From positions 2,953 to 66,952 of the forward strand of contig JAOZQA010000001.1 in NCBI GenBank assembly GCA_029932465.1: DNA of 64,000 bases. Reading direction: 5' to 3'. Origin of the DNA: Thermoplasmatota archaeon (GTDB taxonomy: Archaea; Thermoplasmatota; Penumbrarchaeia; Penumbrarchaeales; EX4484-36). The position numbers and the translations under genes are program-made. The notes under the pieces are model-generated. The model worked only from the letters and a program-made list of their open reading frames with translations. It did not search any database and was not told where the DNA came from. Positions within the stretch are counted from its first letter, which is position 1. Each line of letters begins with the position of its first letter. Below are positions 9,840-20,146 of the stretch, one piece after another.

Positions 9840-12800
9840 ATGGAACCCATGAAAAAACAGGTACTCATCTTCGCGATTGCTGTTATCTTAGTCACAGGGG
9901 CTATAGTGGCAGTTCTTTCCATAGGCGATATCAAGGAGAGCAGCTTCAAGTACACCGAAGAGGAAGAAAGTGGCGGGGGTGTGTTCCTCTCGGAGGAGTC
10001 TGTAGAGAGCTGGATTCAATATGATGGGGAGGTTCAAGAAGAGGAGCTCGAGCTGTTCTCCCCTGATCTTGAACCCCTCAGCGAGAGCGAGCTCAATGAG
10101 ATAAAAAGCGGCATCGCCAACGGGACCTACAGCTCCGAAGGGCCATCATCGGGGGCTGGGGAGGGGGCCACTATCCTTGGAGAGGAGGCGAAGGGGTCGG
10201 ACGACCGGGACTCTGACGGAGAGTGGAAGAGAGCTGTTGAAGAGGGTGACATCGTGAAGCTCTCCGGGGACCACCTCTATATTCTCAGTTGCTACAGGGG
10301 ATTTGTGGTGGTTGATGTATCTGACCCCGAGGACCTAAAGGTGGTCTCCTACCTGAACCTTAAAGGGCACCCCGTTGAGATGTACGTCCACGAGCCACTT
10401 GCCGTTGTGGTACTTTATGGGAATTACTACAGAGGGCCATCTACCCTGGTGGCTGTTCTCAACCTGAAGGACGAAGGAAATATCCGTGTGGTGAAATACA
10501 TAACAGTTGCGGGTCAGGCCTCTGTCAGCAGGCTTGTCGGGGACACCTTGTACATCGCAACGCTCCTCTACCCCTATTATTACCCTATTTACGCGATGGA
10601 TGTGAGGGAGGGGGAAGTCGCTCTGGGAGGGGGTGAAGTTGAGGGAGAGGGGGTGGGGTATTACAAAGAGCCCGAAAGAGAAGTCCTTATATCTTCAATA
10701 GATCTCTCCTCGCCCGAGAGGCTTGGGGTTGTGGATAACCTGACCTTAGGGGGTGAGAGCGTTCAGGTCCACGCCATATCAGATGCCATTTTTGTGGCCA
10801 CAGGATACTTCCACTGGGACGAGAGAGGTGAGGACTTCATTGAGAGGACAACTGTGCATTACGTGGACATATCAGATAAGAGCGGAGAGATAAAGCTCAG
10901 GGGCAGCATCACCTTTGAGGGCTCCCTGTGGGACAAATACCAGATGGACTACTACGGGGGTACCTTGAGAGTGATTACCCATAGACGGAGCTGGAGGGGG
11001 GATGGCACCTCATACCTTAAGATCATTGACGTGAGGAACCCGGACAGGCTGAAGGTGATAGGCAGTCTGGCGGTGGATGAGGCAGGTAACCTCATGGCAG
11101 TGAGGTTCTCCGAGAAGAGGCTGTACCTCATACATCTGCCCCATGCGCCTGATCCCTTGAGGATCGTGGATCTTTCAGATCCTACACAGCCGGAGCTGAA
11201 GAGCGTCCTTGAGATACCCGGGTGGGTTGAGCATATGGAGGTCATAGGCAATCACATAGTTGCAGTGGGAGTGAACGATACCGAGGGCATCAGGGTCTCC
11301 ATCTATCTGTTTGATGTTACCGACCCCGAGAACCCCGTTCTTCAGGACACTATAACCATCGGAGAGGGCTATTCCACATCTGAAGCTCTCTGGGAGCCTA
11401 AGGCGATCACACTTCTTAAGGAGCGCTCCCTTCTCATCATACCCTACCGTGAGCACTACTGGCCCTCCGAAGGAGGAAAGGGCCTTCTCTTTGTCAAATA
11501 CTCCACGGAGGAGGGAGAGCTCAGCCTCTGGGGGAAGGTGAACTCACCCGACGTATTGAGAAGGAGCAGGACAGTGGGGGAATATATCCTTGGGACCTCT
11601 GAGAGGCTCTGCATATCCGTTGACATCTCCGGGGACACCCCCAGACTGGCGGATGTCCTGCCCATCACCGAGAACTACTACGATCTTCTGAAGCTTTCAG
11701 GGGGGGTGGGGGCGCTGGTTGAGGTTCTGGGAGAGCACTACTTCAGATACATGCCCCGGGGGGAACCACCGCTGCAGATCTCCCTGCCGGTGAACTCCTC
11801 GGTAAAATGGTGGGGGGTGAAGGCCTTCTCCGCTGGGGATAGGGTGCTTCTTATATGCTCCCCCACCTACTACCGCTATTACATTTATGAGATGAGTGGC
11901 GAGGAGAGTCCTCCCCCGACGACCATTGTCCTCATAGAGATTGTGGAGGGGGTGCCCCAGGTGAGCGATACCGCGGAGCTCTCCGCACCGATCACCTGGA
12001 TACTGAAGCTCAGCGACGGAAGGGTGCTTCTCAGAGAAGACCCCTACCGCTATTACCCGGTTTACAAGGAGAGCGAACCCCGGGATGAGGATGATGAGGA
12101 GGGCGAACCCAGCGATAAGGGTGGAGGTGAGGCCGGAGGGTTGACTGTCTATCTGGTGAACTACACATCTGGGGAGATTGTGGTTGAGGAGTATGAACTG
12201 GATATTGGGCTCTATGAGACGTTATGCCCCTTAAAGAGCGGCCTGTACAGTGTGGAGGTGGACCGTAGCCGGGAGAGCGACTACACCAGCAGGGTTTATT
12301 ATGTTGACCTGCTAAGCGGTAACAAGACCTCTGTGGGCACCATGAAGGGATGGGTGTTGACGTGGGACGGCGACAGGATTGTCACCATGTCGTGGGTTGA
12401 TGAGAGCTACTGGGTAAACATCTATGCTGTGAGCCCCACATCCGTTGAGAGGGAAGCTGCACTCCCTCTCCCCTTCTGGGGAGATGTCAGGATCAGGGAG
12501 GATGACCTCTACATTCTGAACTGCTACTACCCATATGTTTACTGGGATCCAGACTCTGACGGAGCGGGTTCTGAATACACAGGTCCCAGGACGGCCATAG
12601 TAAAGATGGATATTACCACCGGGGAGGTTCTGGACGCCGTCAAAGTGAAAGGGAGTTTCTGGGTGAGGGATATAACGGAGGAGTGGCTCCTGCTCCTGGG
12701 TTATGATCGGGGAACAAGCGTTGTGGGCGCCTTAAAAACCGCCAATCTGACCGAACATCACTTCAGCTCGGTTCAATCCCCGCCCATAGACGTTGTGGCT

Positions 12801-12872
12801 GACGGGGGGGTCCTCCACATAGCCCTTGGAGAGTTCGGGTACGCCGTTGTGGCGCTTGAAGAGGGGGCATGA
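9840..12872 (+). CDS. Membrane-anchored secreted beta-propeller domain protein (COG4880-like)
   Basis: N-terminal hydrophobic anchor, acidic linker, VEEGDIVK...LYIL, DKYQMDYY.GTLRV, AVRF, DPL.IVDLSDP..P, IPG..H, FDVTDP.NP. Confidence 0.75.
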   Translation: MEPMKKQVLIFAIAVILVTGAIVAVLSIGDIKESSFKYTEEEESGGGVFLSEESVESWIQYDGEVQEEELELFSPDLEPLSESELNEIKSGIANGTYSSEGPSSGAGEGATILGEEAKGSDDRDSDGEWKRAVEEGDIVKLSGDHLYILSCYRGFVVVDVSDPEDLKVVSYLNLKGHPVEMYVHEPLAVVVLYGNYYRGPSTLVAVLNLKDEGNIRVVKYITVAGQASVSRLVGDTLYIATLLYPYYYPIYAMDVREGEVALGGGEVEGEGVGYYKEPEREVLISSIDLSSPERLGVVDNLTLGGESVQVHAISDAIFVATGYFHWDERGEDFIERTTVHYVDISDKSGEIKLRGSITFEGSLWDKYQMDYYGGTLRVITHRRSWRGDGTSYLKIIDVRNPDRLKVIGSLAVDEAGNLMAVRFSEKRLYLIHLPHAPDPLRIVDLSDPTQPELKSVLEIPGWVEHMEVIGNHIVAVGVNDTEGIRVSIYLFDVTDPENPVLQDTITIGEGYSTSEALWEPKAITLLKERSLLIIPYREHYWPSEGGKGLLFVKYSTEEGELSLWGKVNSPDVLRRSRTVGEYILGTSERLCISVDISGDTPRLADVLPITENYYDLLKLSGGVGALVEVLGEHYFRYMPRGEPPLQISLPVNSSVKWWGVKAFSAGDRVLLICSPTYYRYYIYEMSGEESPPPTTIVLIEIVEGVPQVSDTAELSAPITWILKLSDGRVLLREDPYRYYPVYKESEPRDEDDEEGEPSDKGGGEAGGLTVYLVNYTSGEIVVEEYELDIGLYETLCPLKSGLYSVEVDRSRESDYTSRVYYVDLLSGNKTSVGTMKGWVLTWDGDRIVTMSWVDESYWVNIYAVSPTSVEREAALPLPFWGDVRIREDDLYILNCYYPYVYWDPDSDGAGSEYTGPRTAIVKMDITTGEVLDAVKVKGSFWVRDITEEWLLLLGYDRGTSVVGALKTANLTEHHFSSVQSPPIDVVADGGVLHIALGEFGYAVVALEEGA

Positions 12873-12959
12873 GGGTCCGCCCCTCCCTCTCCCCTCCACC
12901 TCCACGCCCGGAGCAGCTAAACGAAAGATTTATCTTCTCTCAGTGAGATTACTTCCTGT

Positions 12960-15767
12960 ATGGTTGAGAAGAAGCCAGGAGTCTACAGTTTTGAGTATGT
13001 TATTATCGCCATCTCACTGATCATCAGCTCCGTGGCAGTGGTCTCCATATTTGTTGTTCGCAGGGGAGGGGAGGAGACCTCACCCCAGGAGGAGGAGACT
13101 CAACCCGGGGAGAGGAGAAGCTGGGTGGAAGGCTGGCTTCAGTACACCGGGGAGTGGAGTATGCCCGAGGTGGAGCTCCTCCCCCCGCCTGTTGAGGAGA
13201 CTGAGGTGACCCTTGAGGCCAGCCCTCGGGTGGGGGAGAAGGTTCCGGAGGAATCCCCTCTCCCCGTGGGAGATGGGGGTCTATGGGATATGAGTGCCCT
13301 ACATGCGATAGAGGAACGGTTCACCGGGAAGATCCTGAAGAGGGGCGAGTGGATCTACCACGTGGATCCCTTCGGATGTCTAAGAGTCTACAACCTGAGC
13401 GACCTCACTTTGGCTTTTCAGGAAGAACTCCCCGGGAGGCCCACCGCTTTCACCAACGTAAGCGGATTGGGTCTTCTGCTTCTTTCAGACCCACCCCGTA
13501 GCGCCCTCTCACAGATCCTGGCCGGAGGCTCCCACCCCTCCCCGCAGGGAACGCTTCTCCTCGTGGACCTGGACGATGGGGGCAGAAGGATATACGGCAG
13601 GAGGCTCCCTGGGTACCCCCTGGATTTTCATCTTGAGGGGTCATATCTTTACGTCTTCACAGCCTCCTTGGAGAGGGAAGGCAGAGGATTGGCCCTGAGC
13701 GCCTCCGTTGTTGGCTGTGATCTATCCGCCCCGGGGCTTATAAACGTCACTGAGCTTCTCAAAGGGGTGGACCTCCCCTGGTGGTGGATGGATGGGTGGG
13801 CGCTCCTCACAGAGGGGGACCACCAGCTCCTTGTTCAGCTCGCCCCTCCAAACCTCACTGTCCTGGGGCGCCTCACCCTCACCGACCTCTCGGCCCCTCT
13901 CGCTGTGGACATCTACGGTGGATATCTCAGGGTGGCCCAGCCCTACGTAAGCACCCTGAGCTTCTACAGGATACCGGAGGAGGCGGGGAGCGGTGAGGAG
14001 ATAGTCCCTGTAAGTATGATCTTCCAGGTGCCCGGCATAGGATTCAGTATAGAACACGCCTTTCTGCTGGGGAGATATGCTATAATAACGACATACACCG
14101 ATTTGGGAATTACCCCTAAGGTCTTTGACGCCTCCTCTCCCGGCAATTTCAGCTACATCGGGGATCTGCCCCTTCAGGGAGGTGAGATTATCTTTGAGGT
14201 GGGAGAATACCTTCTGGTGGCAACCCTGGGAAGGGCTCCCTCCTTAAGTCTCGTCAGGTGGAACAGTCCCTCCACCTTTGAGATCCTCTCCCGGATGCCG
14301 GCCTCCACATACCCCCCAGCCGTGGAGATAATGTACACCAGAGGAGTTTTTGTTGAGGGTGAGGAGGCTATATTTGATGTGCTGGGCACAACATCAACCG
14401 GTGAAAATGTGATATCTCTCTCCCACCTTCATATAAATTACACCTCCGGCGAGGTCCTCCAGGGCAGAATTTACACCCTCCCTTTGGATGAAGCTTATTC
14501 AACGCTGGAGATCACCGCGGGAGAGGATCCACATCTTATTCTTGAGGGGGGCTTCTTCGGTGACGTCGCAGGCCCCCGCCTTGCTGTGGCGGACCTGAAG
14601 AAGGAGGGTCCCCTTCAGGCACTTTACCCGGATTTTATCCCCCTTGGGGTTATGGACCTATTCTCCGGGGTCTTCGTGGCGGGCTACTACCAGGAGACAG
14701 GCCGCGTGGTCCTCAGGTATTACCCCGCTGAATGGGATGGAACCACCCCGCCGGAGGAAGAACTCACCCTTATAGAAGGAGTTGGAAGGGGTATTTTGCG
14801 CGTGCGCTTTGTGAAAGGAGTGGGATATCTTGATGTGTTTGTGGAATCAAAGGAGGACAGCGGTGGGGTTTGGGAGTGGGGGGGGAACGTAAGCTTCTTC
14901 AGGATTGCACCATGCTGTACTGGTCTTGATGTGGTCATAAGCGCCCCCCGGGCGCTGCATATCTCTCAGGACACTTACCTTCTGGATGTGATCAGAAGGA
15001 GCGAGAAAAGCTATGTCATACTCACAACAACGTCCTCCTTCATCCTAGGTCTTTACACTCTCGAGCTTACCGAGGGTGGCGGATTCAAATGGCTTTGCAA
15101 CATAAGCCTCAACGGTTTGTTTTATTATGACTCCGTGGTAACCCTGTTCGGGGATAACCTCTATCTCTTTTTGCCCTCATATGATTACCTGACCACATAT
15201 TTTGCGGCAGTGAACCTCTCATCACTCCAGTACAGCGAGGGGAACCTTTCGGCTATCCCTTTTGGAAGGGTTGGGGAGGAGTTCGTAATGATCGGCTGGG
15301 ATGCCTCTGGCTACTACCTTGAGGGCGCCCGGGTGGAGAACACAACCGAGTTCAATATAAGCTGGTCTTACATCTTACCCCGCTGTCCTCTCACCGCTGC
15401 TTTTTCGGAGGGGGAGATGGTCCTCATTCTCGGAGGCCACCCGCTGATATCTCCCTATGGTCGGACAATGTACTTTTTCACCGGTGAAGAGGTGAACCAG
15501 ACCTGCCTCTGGTTAAATATCACAGGGGGTGGGGTCCAGGTGCGAGAGGCCTTCCGCACCGTAGGAGTCGAGGAGGCGGTGATAACATCCATCGGCCCAA
15601 TCATGAGATATTTCCTGCCCTTCTATCATCCCTCTAGCGGAACACTTTATAAGGGGGTTGAGTGGCCTCTCATAGAGGTGCTCAGGACTGCCAGAGGGCT
15701 CCTCTTATTCACACAGTTCTGGATCTTTATCTCAGATCCCAGCGAAGTGAGAGAGGTGGTGCTTTAA
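12960..15767 (+). CDS. Membrane-anchored extracellular beta-rich protein, divergent paralog of upstream gene
   Basis: N-terminal TM; shares motif VE.W.QY.GE....E.EL..P with the upstream gene; multiple N-x-S/T sequons. Confidence 0.6.
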   Translation: MVEKKPGVYSFEYVIIAISLIISSVAVVSIFVVRRGGEETSPQEEETQPGERRSWVEGWLQYTGEWSMPEVELLPPPVEETEVTLEASPRVGEKVPEESPLPVGDGGLWDMSALHAIEERFTGKILKRGEWIYHVDPFGCLRVYNLSDLTLAFQEELPGRPTAFTNVSGLGLLLLSDPPRSALSQILAGGSHPSPQGTLLLVDLDDGGRRIYGRRLPGYPLDFHLEGSYLYVFTASLEREGRGLALSASVVGCDLSAPGLINVTELLKGVDLPWWWMDGWALLTEGDHQLLVQLAPPNLTVLGRLTLTDLSAPLAVDIYGGYLRVAQPYVSTLSFYRIPEEAGSGEEIVPVSMIFQVPGIGFSIEHAFLLGRYAIITTYTDLGITPKVFDASSPGNFSYIGDLPLQGGEIIFEVGEYLLVATLGRAPSLSLVRWNSPSTFEILSRMPASTYPPAVEIMYTRGVFVEGEEAIFDVLGTTSTGENVISLSHLHINYTSGEVLQGRIYTLPLDEAYSTLEITAGEDPHLILEGGFFGDVAGPRLAVADLKKEGPLQALYPDFIPLGVMDLFSGVFVAGYYQETGRVVLRYYPAEWDGTTPPEEELTLIEGVGRGILRVRFVKGVGYLDVFVESKEDSGGVWEWGGNVSFFRIAPCCTGLDVVISAPRALHISQDTYLLDVIRRSEKSYVILTTTSSFILGLYTLELTEGGGFKWLCNISLNGLFYYDSVVTLFGDNLYLFLPSYDYLTTYFAAVNLSSLQYSEGNLSAIPFGRVGEEFVMIGWDASGYYLEGARVENTTEFNISWSYILPRCPLTAAFSEGEMVLILGGHPLISPYGRTMYFFTGEEVNQTCLWLNITGGGVQVREAFRTVGVEEAVITSIGPIMRYFLPFYHPSSGTLYKGVEWPLIEVLRTARGLLLFTQFWIFISDPSEVREVVL

Positions 15768-15774
15768 AAAGGGG

Positions 15775-15852
15775 TGGTGGGGCCGCTGAGATTTGAACTC
15801 AGGTCAACGGCACCCCAAGCCGCTAGGATGGTCCAAGCTACCCTACGGCCCC
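15775..15852 (-). tRNA. tRNA-Pro(GGG), CCA encoded
   Basis: Reverse complement GGGGCCG...GCGGC-TTGGGGT-GCCGT...CTGAG-TTCAAAT-CTCAG-CGGCCCC-A-CCA; follows rpoN as is usual in archaea. Confidence 0.97.
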
Positions 15853-15856
15853 ACGT

Positions 15857-16051
15857 CTAATTGGTGTAAGGCATTACCTCATCTATCAGCTCAACGTGTG
15901 TTAAGAGCATCCTGCGGCAGCAGATTCTCTCCACCCCCAGGTCATCCAGCACTGCCCCGGGCTCCTCACCCTCCTTGACCCTTCTGTCAAACTCCTCCCA
16001 GAGATGACCTATCACCTTGCCGCAGGTGAAACATCTGACCGGTATTATCAA
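15857..16051 (-). CDS. rpoN: DNA-directed RNA polymerase subunit N (Rpo10)
   Basis: [11 protein letters not shown]...[10 protein letters not shown]; TTG start at 16051 behind a GGAGGTG RBS. Confidence 0.95.
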   Translation of the reverse strand: MIIPVRCFTCGKVIGHLWEEFDRRVKEGEEPGAVLDDLGVERICCRRMLLTHVELIDEVMPYTN

Positions 16052-16106
16052 GTCTTGCACCTCCGTCTGAAGGGGGAGGAGACTCCCCCTGTATATATTT
16101 TTTTGC

Positions 16107-16508
16107 TCACCTGTACGACTTCTGCCTCTTCTTTCTGGCACCCCTCCCCAAAGGCTTCTTTGGAAGCTTCCTCCGGGGGTCGTTTACCAGAAGGCTTCTG
16201 TCATAGCTGAGGAAGTGGTTTTTGAGCTCCTCATCGCCGAAGAACTTCACAAGACCCCTTGCAATGGCGGTCCGGGCAGCCTCGGCTTGGCCCATGTACC
16301 CTCCCCCTCTAACTCTGATGTCAATGTCTACCTTCTTTGCTCTCTCCCCCGCCAGAAGAAGGGGTTCCTGCATGATGAGCCTAGCAAGCTCAGGCTCGTA
16401 GATCTCAAGGGGGTAGCGGTTGATTCTGACCCTCCCCCTACCCTCCCTAACAGTAGCTCTTGCGATTGCGCTCTTTCTCTTACCGCTGACGTTGACCACT
16501 TTCTTCAT
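16107..16508 (-). CDS. rps9: 30S ribosomal protein S9 (uS9)
   Basis: [24 protein letters not shown]-terminal [11 protein letters not shown]. Confidence 0.97.
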   Translation of the reverse strand: MKKVVNVSGKRKSAIARATVREGRGRVRINRYPLEIYEPELARLIMQEPLLLAGERAKKVDIDIRVRGGGYMGQAEAARTAIARGLVKFFGDEELKNHFLSYDRSLLVNDPRRKLPKKPLGRGARKKRQKSYR

Positions 16509-16521
16509 CTCTCATCCCCCT

Positions 16522-16938
16522 TCAGAACTTCCCTCCTATGGCCCGGGAAATCCTTCCCAGCTCAACGAACTCCACCAGATGGTCTCCTTTGGCCTTCTCT
16601 ACGGTCTCAAAGGTGGCACCACGGTACTCATCGGGTACACCGATATAAACCTTGAGCCTCTTCAACGCCTGCCTCCCCCGGGGCTGCTGATAGGGAAGCA
16701 TTCCCCTCACTGTCCTTTTGAGGATCCCATCGGGCCTCTTGGGGAAGTAGGGTCCCTTTCTGTGATGCGTCAGCTCCCTCTTCTTCTTGTAGGTCTGAAG
16801 AACCCTGTGGTAGGGCCCGGAGATTATAGCCTTCTCGGCGTTCACAATAACAATCTCCTCCCCCTTAAGCAGCCTCTTGGCCACATCAGAGGAGAGGCGT
16901 CCTAGAATAAGACCGGTGGCATCAATTACAGTTACCAT
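16522..16938 (-). CDS. rpl13: 50S ribosomal protein L13 (uL13)
   Basis: IDATGLILGRL, VNAEKA, GPYFPKRP, RTVRGMLP. Confidence 0.97.
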   Translation of the reverse strand: MVTVIDATGLILGRLSSDVAKRLLKGEEIVIVNAEKAIISGPYHRVLQTYKKKRELTHHRKGPYFPKRPDGILKRTVRGMLPYQQPRGRQALKRLKVYIGVPDEYRGATFETVEKAKGDHLVEFVELGRISRAIGGKF

Positions 16939-16949
16939 TTTGTTCCCCC

Positions 16950-17312
16950 CTATCCTAGAATCCTCACTCTCTCTCCCCGGGGGTTCCTTTTCATGAGCTC
17001 TTCAATGGTTATGACATCGCCCCCGGCCTCTTTTATTTTTATCTCTGCCTGCCGTGAGGCCTTAACCGCTGCCACAACCACGGGGAAGTCTATCTCGCCC
17101 GACCCGAGCAGCTTACCCGGCACGATGACCTGCTCACCCTTCTTCGCATAGCGGGAGATTCTGGAGATATTGACCTCTGCCCAGGAACGTCTGGGCTTCT
17201 CCAGCCGCTTTGCGATGTCTCGCCAGATGGGTGCCTCCTTCTCCCGGGAGGCCTTCTTAAGACCCTCAATCAGCCTCAGTGTCTGAGGGTCCGTCTTTTT
17301 TATCCTTTTCAT
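16950..17312 (-). CDS. rpl18e: 50S ribosomal protein L18e (eL18)
   Basis: KTDP, APIWRDIAKRL, EVNISRI, VPGKLLGSG; start ATG 17312 behind GGAGGA. Confidence 0.95.
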   Translation of the reverse strand: MKRIKKTDPQTLRLIEGLKKASREKEAPIWRDIAKRLEKPRRSWAEVNISRISRYAKKGEQVIVPGKLLGSGEIDFPVVVAAVKASRQAEIKIKEAGGDVITIEELMKRNPRGERVRILG

Positions 17313-17433
17313 ATCTGACTCCTCCGACATCGCCTGTTGGCCTTCCAACCACAAGCGAGGGCTCCCTAATTAGGGCATTGTTTAAAAAGTTTTTTTAACC
17401 TGAAAGGATGAGCCAAGGAAAGGAGCTGAAAAG

Positions 17434-18648
17434 ATGAAAGAGGAGAACTACGGTGTTGAACCCCGGTGGATCTCGGAGGAGGAATTCGCCGAGGCGGTGG
17501 ATAGGGTGTTCGACTGGCTCAGCGCTTCAACACCCCTGAAGGTGGTCAGGGAGAGGCTGGATAAGATGGGGCTCACGGGGGAGAAGGCCCGGTTTGTAGT
17601 GGACGTCGCCAGGACGAGGTTCAAGGCGAAGGTGAAGTTCAGCCGCTGGAGGGAGGTCTTCTTCACCCCTGCGGGCCTGAGATGGGCCACACCTGAGGAC
17701 GTGGGCGCAGCCTTGCAGGAGAGGCTGAAGGGCTACTCCATGGCTGATCTGGGTGCCGGACAGGGAGGACAGGTGATACATCGACAGGAGAGTGAGGAGA
17801 CCGTCGCGGTGGAGATAGACCCCCTCAACGCTTCACTGGCCCTGAGGAACGTGGAGGTATACTCCGCCGAAGCTGAGATCGTTGTGGGGGATGCACTGGA
17901 CGAGAGCCTCGCTAGGAGGTTTGACCCTTTTGAGGTGATATTCTCCGACCCCTATCGGGGCCCTACATCTACTTCCAGAACACTTGAAGAACTCGAGCCC
18001 AATCCTCTGGAGGTCATGAAGCTCTACGGGAGGGTTGAGAGGGCAGGCTTCGTCTTTGAACTCCCCCCTCAGATAAGGGAGGAGAGGATACCTTTTGATG
18101 CTGAGCTAGAGTACGTCTCTTTTGGGGGAGAGTACAACAGACTCAACGTCTACACCGGTGAGCTCAGGAGGTGCTCCAAGAGCGTGCTTATACTTCCCGG
18201 GGGCTTCCGGATAGAGGCCGACCCACCCTACCGTGCCCCCCCCTCCCCCACGGACCCCTTCTCCAGGGAGTTCGGCCCTTACCTGTATGAGGTGGATCCC
18301 GCAGTTGCCAGGGCCTCCCTCCTGGGCGAGGCCGTAGCGGAGCTCCCCAGGGAGTTCTATCTGCTTGAGAGGGGGCGCAGGACCCTTCTGACCTCCCCAC
18401 AGCCAATCTCCTCCCCCGTCTTCCGCAGACGTTACAGGGTCCTTAGGAGGGTGAGGACCCTCCCTGAGGTCAGGGAGGCGCTTAAGGAGGAGGGATTCTC
18501 AAAGGCCTCCCTTCGCTTTAGGATAAGCCCGGAGGAGTACTGGCGAGTCAGAAGGAGCCTGGAGGAGGGCCTGCCCGAGGGGAGAGAGAAGGCCACAATA
18601 TTCAAGGTGTCCGGGGTATATCTGGTTGCAGTTATGGAGGAGGTATGA
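17434..18648 (+). CDS. Class I SAM-dependent methyltransferase with THUMP-like C-terminal domain
   Basis: R..A..KF, RWAT, DLGAGQGG, EIDP, GDAL, SDPYR, then LYEVDPAV.RA. Confidence 0.7.
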   Translation: MKEENYGVEPRWISEEEFAEAVDRVFDWLSASTPLKVVRERLDKMGLTGEKARFVVDVARTRFKAKVKFSRWREVFFTPAGLRWATPEDVGAALQERLKGYSMADLGAGQGGQVIHRQESEETVAVEIDPLNASLALRNVEVYSAEAEIVVGDALDESLARRFDPFEVIFSDPYRGPTSTSRTLEELEPNPLEVMKLYGRVERAGFVFELPPQIREERIPFDAELEYVSFGGEYNRLNVYTGELRRCSKSVLILPGGFRIEADPPYRAPPSPTDPFSREFGPYLYEVDPAVARASLLGEAVAELPREFYLLERGRRTLLTSPQPISSPVFRRRYRVLRRVRTLPEVREALKEEGFSKASLRFRISPEEYWRVRRSLEEGLPEGREKATIFKVSGVYLVAVMEEV

Positions 18649-19817
18649 TGGGTCTGATGGAGGATGTGATGCCCCCGCCCATTGTGAAGCTGAAAAGGGA
18701 GCTCGGTGGAGAGAGGATAGAAGTGGACCTGAGCCAGGGCGTCCCCTTCTTCTCTCCTCCCAAGGAGGCCCTGGAAGCCCTCTTCAAGGAGGACCTTCAC
18801 GCGCTCTCCCGCTACACCCCGGACGAGGGCCTACCCTCCCTCAGAGAGGCGGTGGCTGAAAAGCTCCGGTCTGAGAACGGCATTCATGCTGCGGAGGGAG
18901 AGGTTATGATAACCCCCGGGGCCAACTATGCCTTCTTCATAGCGCTCTCTGCAACTGTTAGGAGAGGCGGAAGGGTGGCACTTCTGGCCCCCTACTACTT
19001 CAATCACCTCATGGCCGTTCAGATTCTCGGCGGGGTACCCCATATAGTCCCATGGGGAGGCGGCAGGCTGAACCTTGAGGGTGTCGAGGAGGCACTGGAT
19101 AAGGGGGCGGAGGCGGTGGTTTTGGTGAACCCGTCGAACCCTACAGGCCTCACATTCACCCGGCAGGAGGTGAAAGCTCTTCTTGAGCTCACAGAGCAGA
19201 GAGGGGCCTACCTCCTCTCCGATGAGACCTATGAGCACTTCACCTTCTCCGGCCGAAAGCACACATCCCCCGCCGCCCTCTCTGGGGGCAACGGTGTAGT
19301 CTCCATATTCTCTATGTCAAAGTCCTTCGGGATGGGCGGCTGGCGGGTGGGTTACCTGCACTACCCCCAGGGGATTGAGGGCGACCTCCTCAAAGCCCAA
19401 GACACTGTGGGGATATGCTCTCCCAACCCCTCCCAGCGCCTGGCTGAGATATTACTGAGGGAGCACTCCCCCCACTACCCACGATCCATGGTGCCGAAGC
19501 TTGAGCGGAGCCTTGAGGGCTTCACCCGGGCGCTTGACAGGGTGGGGGTAGGGTGGGTGGGGGGAGAGGGTGCGTTTTACTTGCTGGTGAAGTGCCCCCC
19601 GGGGGTCACTGGCTGGGAGGCGGCGAAGGAGCTGGCAAGAAGGTGGGGAGTGCTTACGGTTCCCGGAGAGCCATTTGGGGCTGGAGGATACCTCAGGGTC
19701 TCCTTCGGCAATCTTCCTCCAGAGAGGTCAGCTGCGGCCGCTGATAGACTGGGGGAGGCTCTTGAGGAACTATACGGTAGTTTTGAGGGAAAAGGTTTAA
19801 AGTACACAGAAGGATAA
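18645..19817 (+). CDS. PLP-dependent aminotransferase class I/II
   Basis: DLSQG.P, G..LREA, NPSNPTG, SDETY, SMSKSFGMGGWRVG (PLP lysine), GAFY; ATGA overlap with upstream gene. Confidence 0.9.
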   Translation: MMGLMEDVMPPPIVKLKRELGGERIEVDLSQGVPFFSPPKEALEALFKEDLHALSRYTPDEGLPSLREAVAEKLRSENGIHAAEGEVMITPGANYAFFIALSATVRRGGRVALLAPYYFNHLMAVQILGGVPHIVPWGGGRLNLEGVEEALDKGAEAVVLVNPSNPTGLTFTRQEVKALLELTEQRGAYLLSDETYEHFTFSGRKHTSPAALSGGNGVVSIFSMSKSFGMGGWRVGYLHYPQGIEGDLLKAQDTVGICSPNPSQRLAEILLREHSPHYPRSMVPKLERSLEGFTRALDRVGVGWVGGEGAFYLLVKCPPGVTGWEAAKELARRWGVLTVPGEPFGAGGYLRVSFGNLPPERSAAAADRLGEALEELYGSFEGKGLKYTEG

Positions 19818-19825
19818 CCTCCAAA

Positions 19826-20143
19826 GTGGTGAAAATGGAAGTCACGGAGGAAGCCGTCAGAGAGGCGCTCAAGTCCGTCATAGACCCCGAGCTCGGCCTC
19901 AGCGTTGTGGATTTGGGGCTTATATACAGACTTGAGGTCAAGGAGGACAACATCGTTGAGGTTGACATGACCCTGACGTTCCCAGGATGCCCCCTCGCCG
20001 CAAGGATTGTGGCGGATGTGGAGAGGACAATACTCTCTGTTCCGGGGGTTAAGGATGCTATTGTCAATCTGGTGTTCGACCCGCCCTGGACACCGGCCAT
20101 GCTTTCCGACGAGGCAAAGAAGCTTCTCTCCATGGGGGACTGA
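19826..20143 (+). CDS. DUF59/SufT-like Fe-S cluster assembly protein
   Basis: ALKSVIDPELGLSVVDLGLIY, MTLTFPGCP, VFDPPW. Confidence 0.85.
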   Translation: MVKMEVTEEAVREALKSVIDPELGLSVVDLGLIYRLEVKEDNIVEVDMTLTFPGCPLAARIVADVERTILSVPGVKDAIVNLVFDPPWTPAMLSDEAKKLLSMGD

Positions 20144-20146
20144 GCC

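Noticed and set aside
15729-15735. CTGAGAT downstream of tRNA-Pro matching its T-arm antisense
   Set aside because: Only 7 nt, inside the convergent CDS, lacks the TTGT/CAGC, AACG and GWAGGTCTT motifs; consistent with chance.
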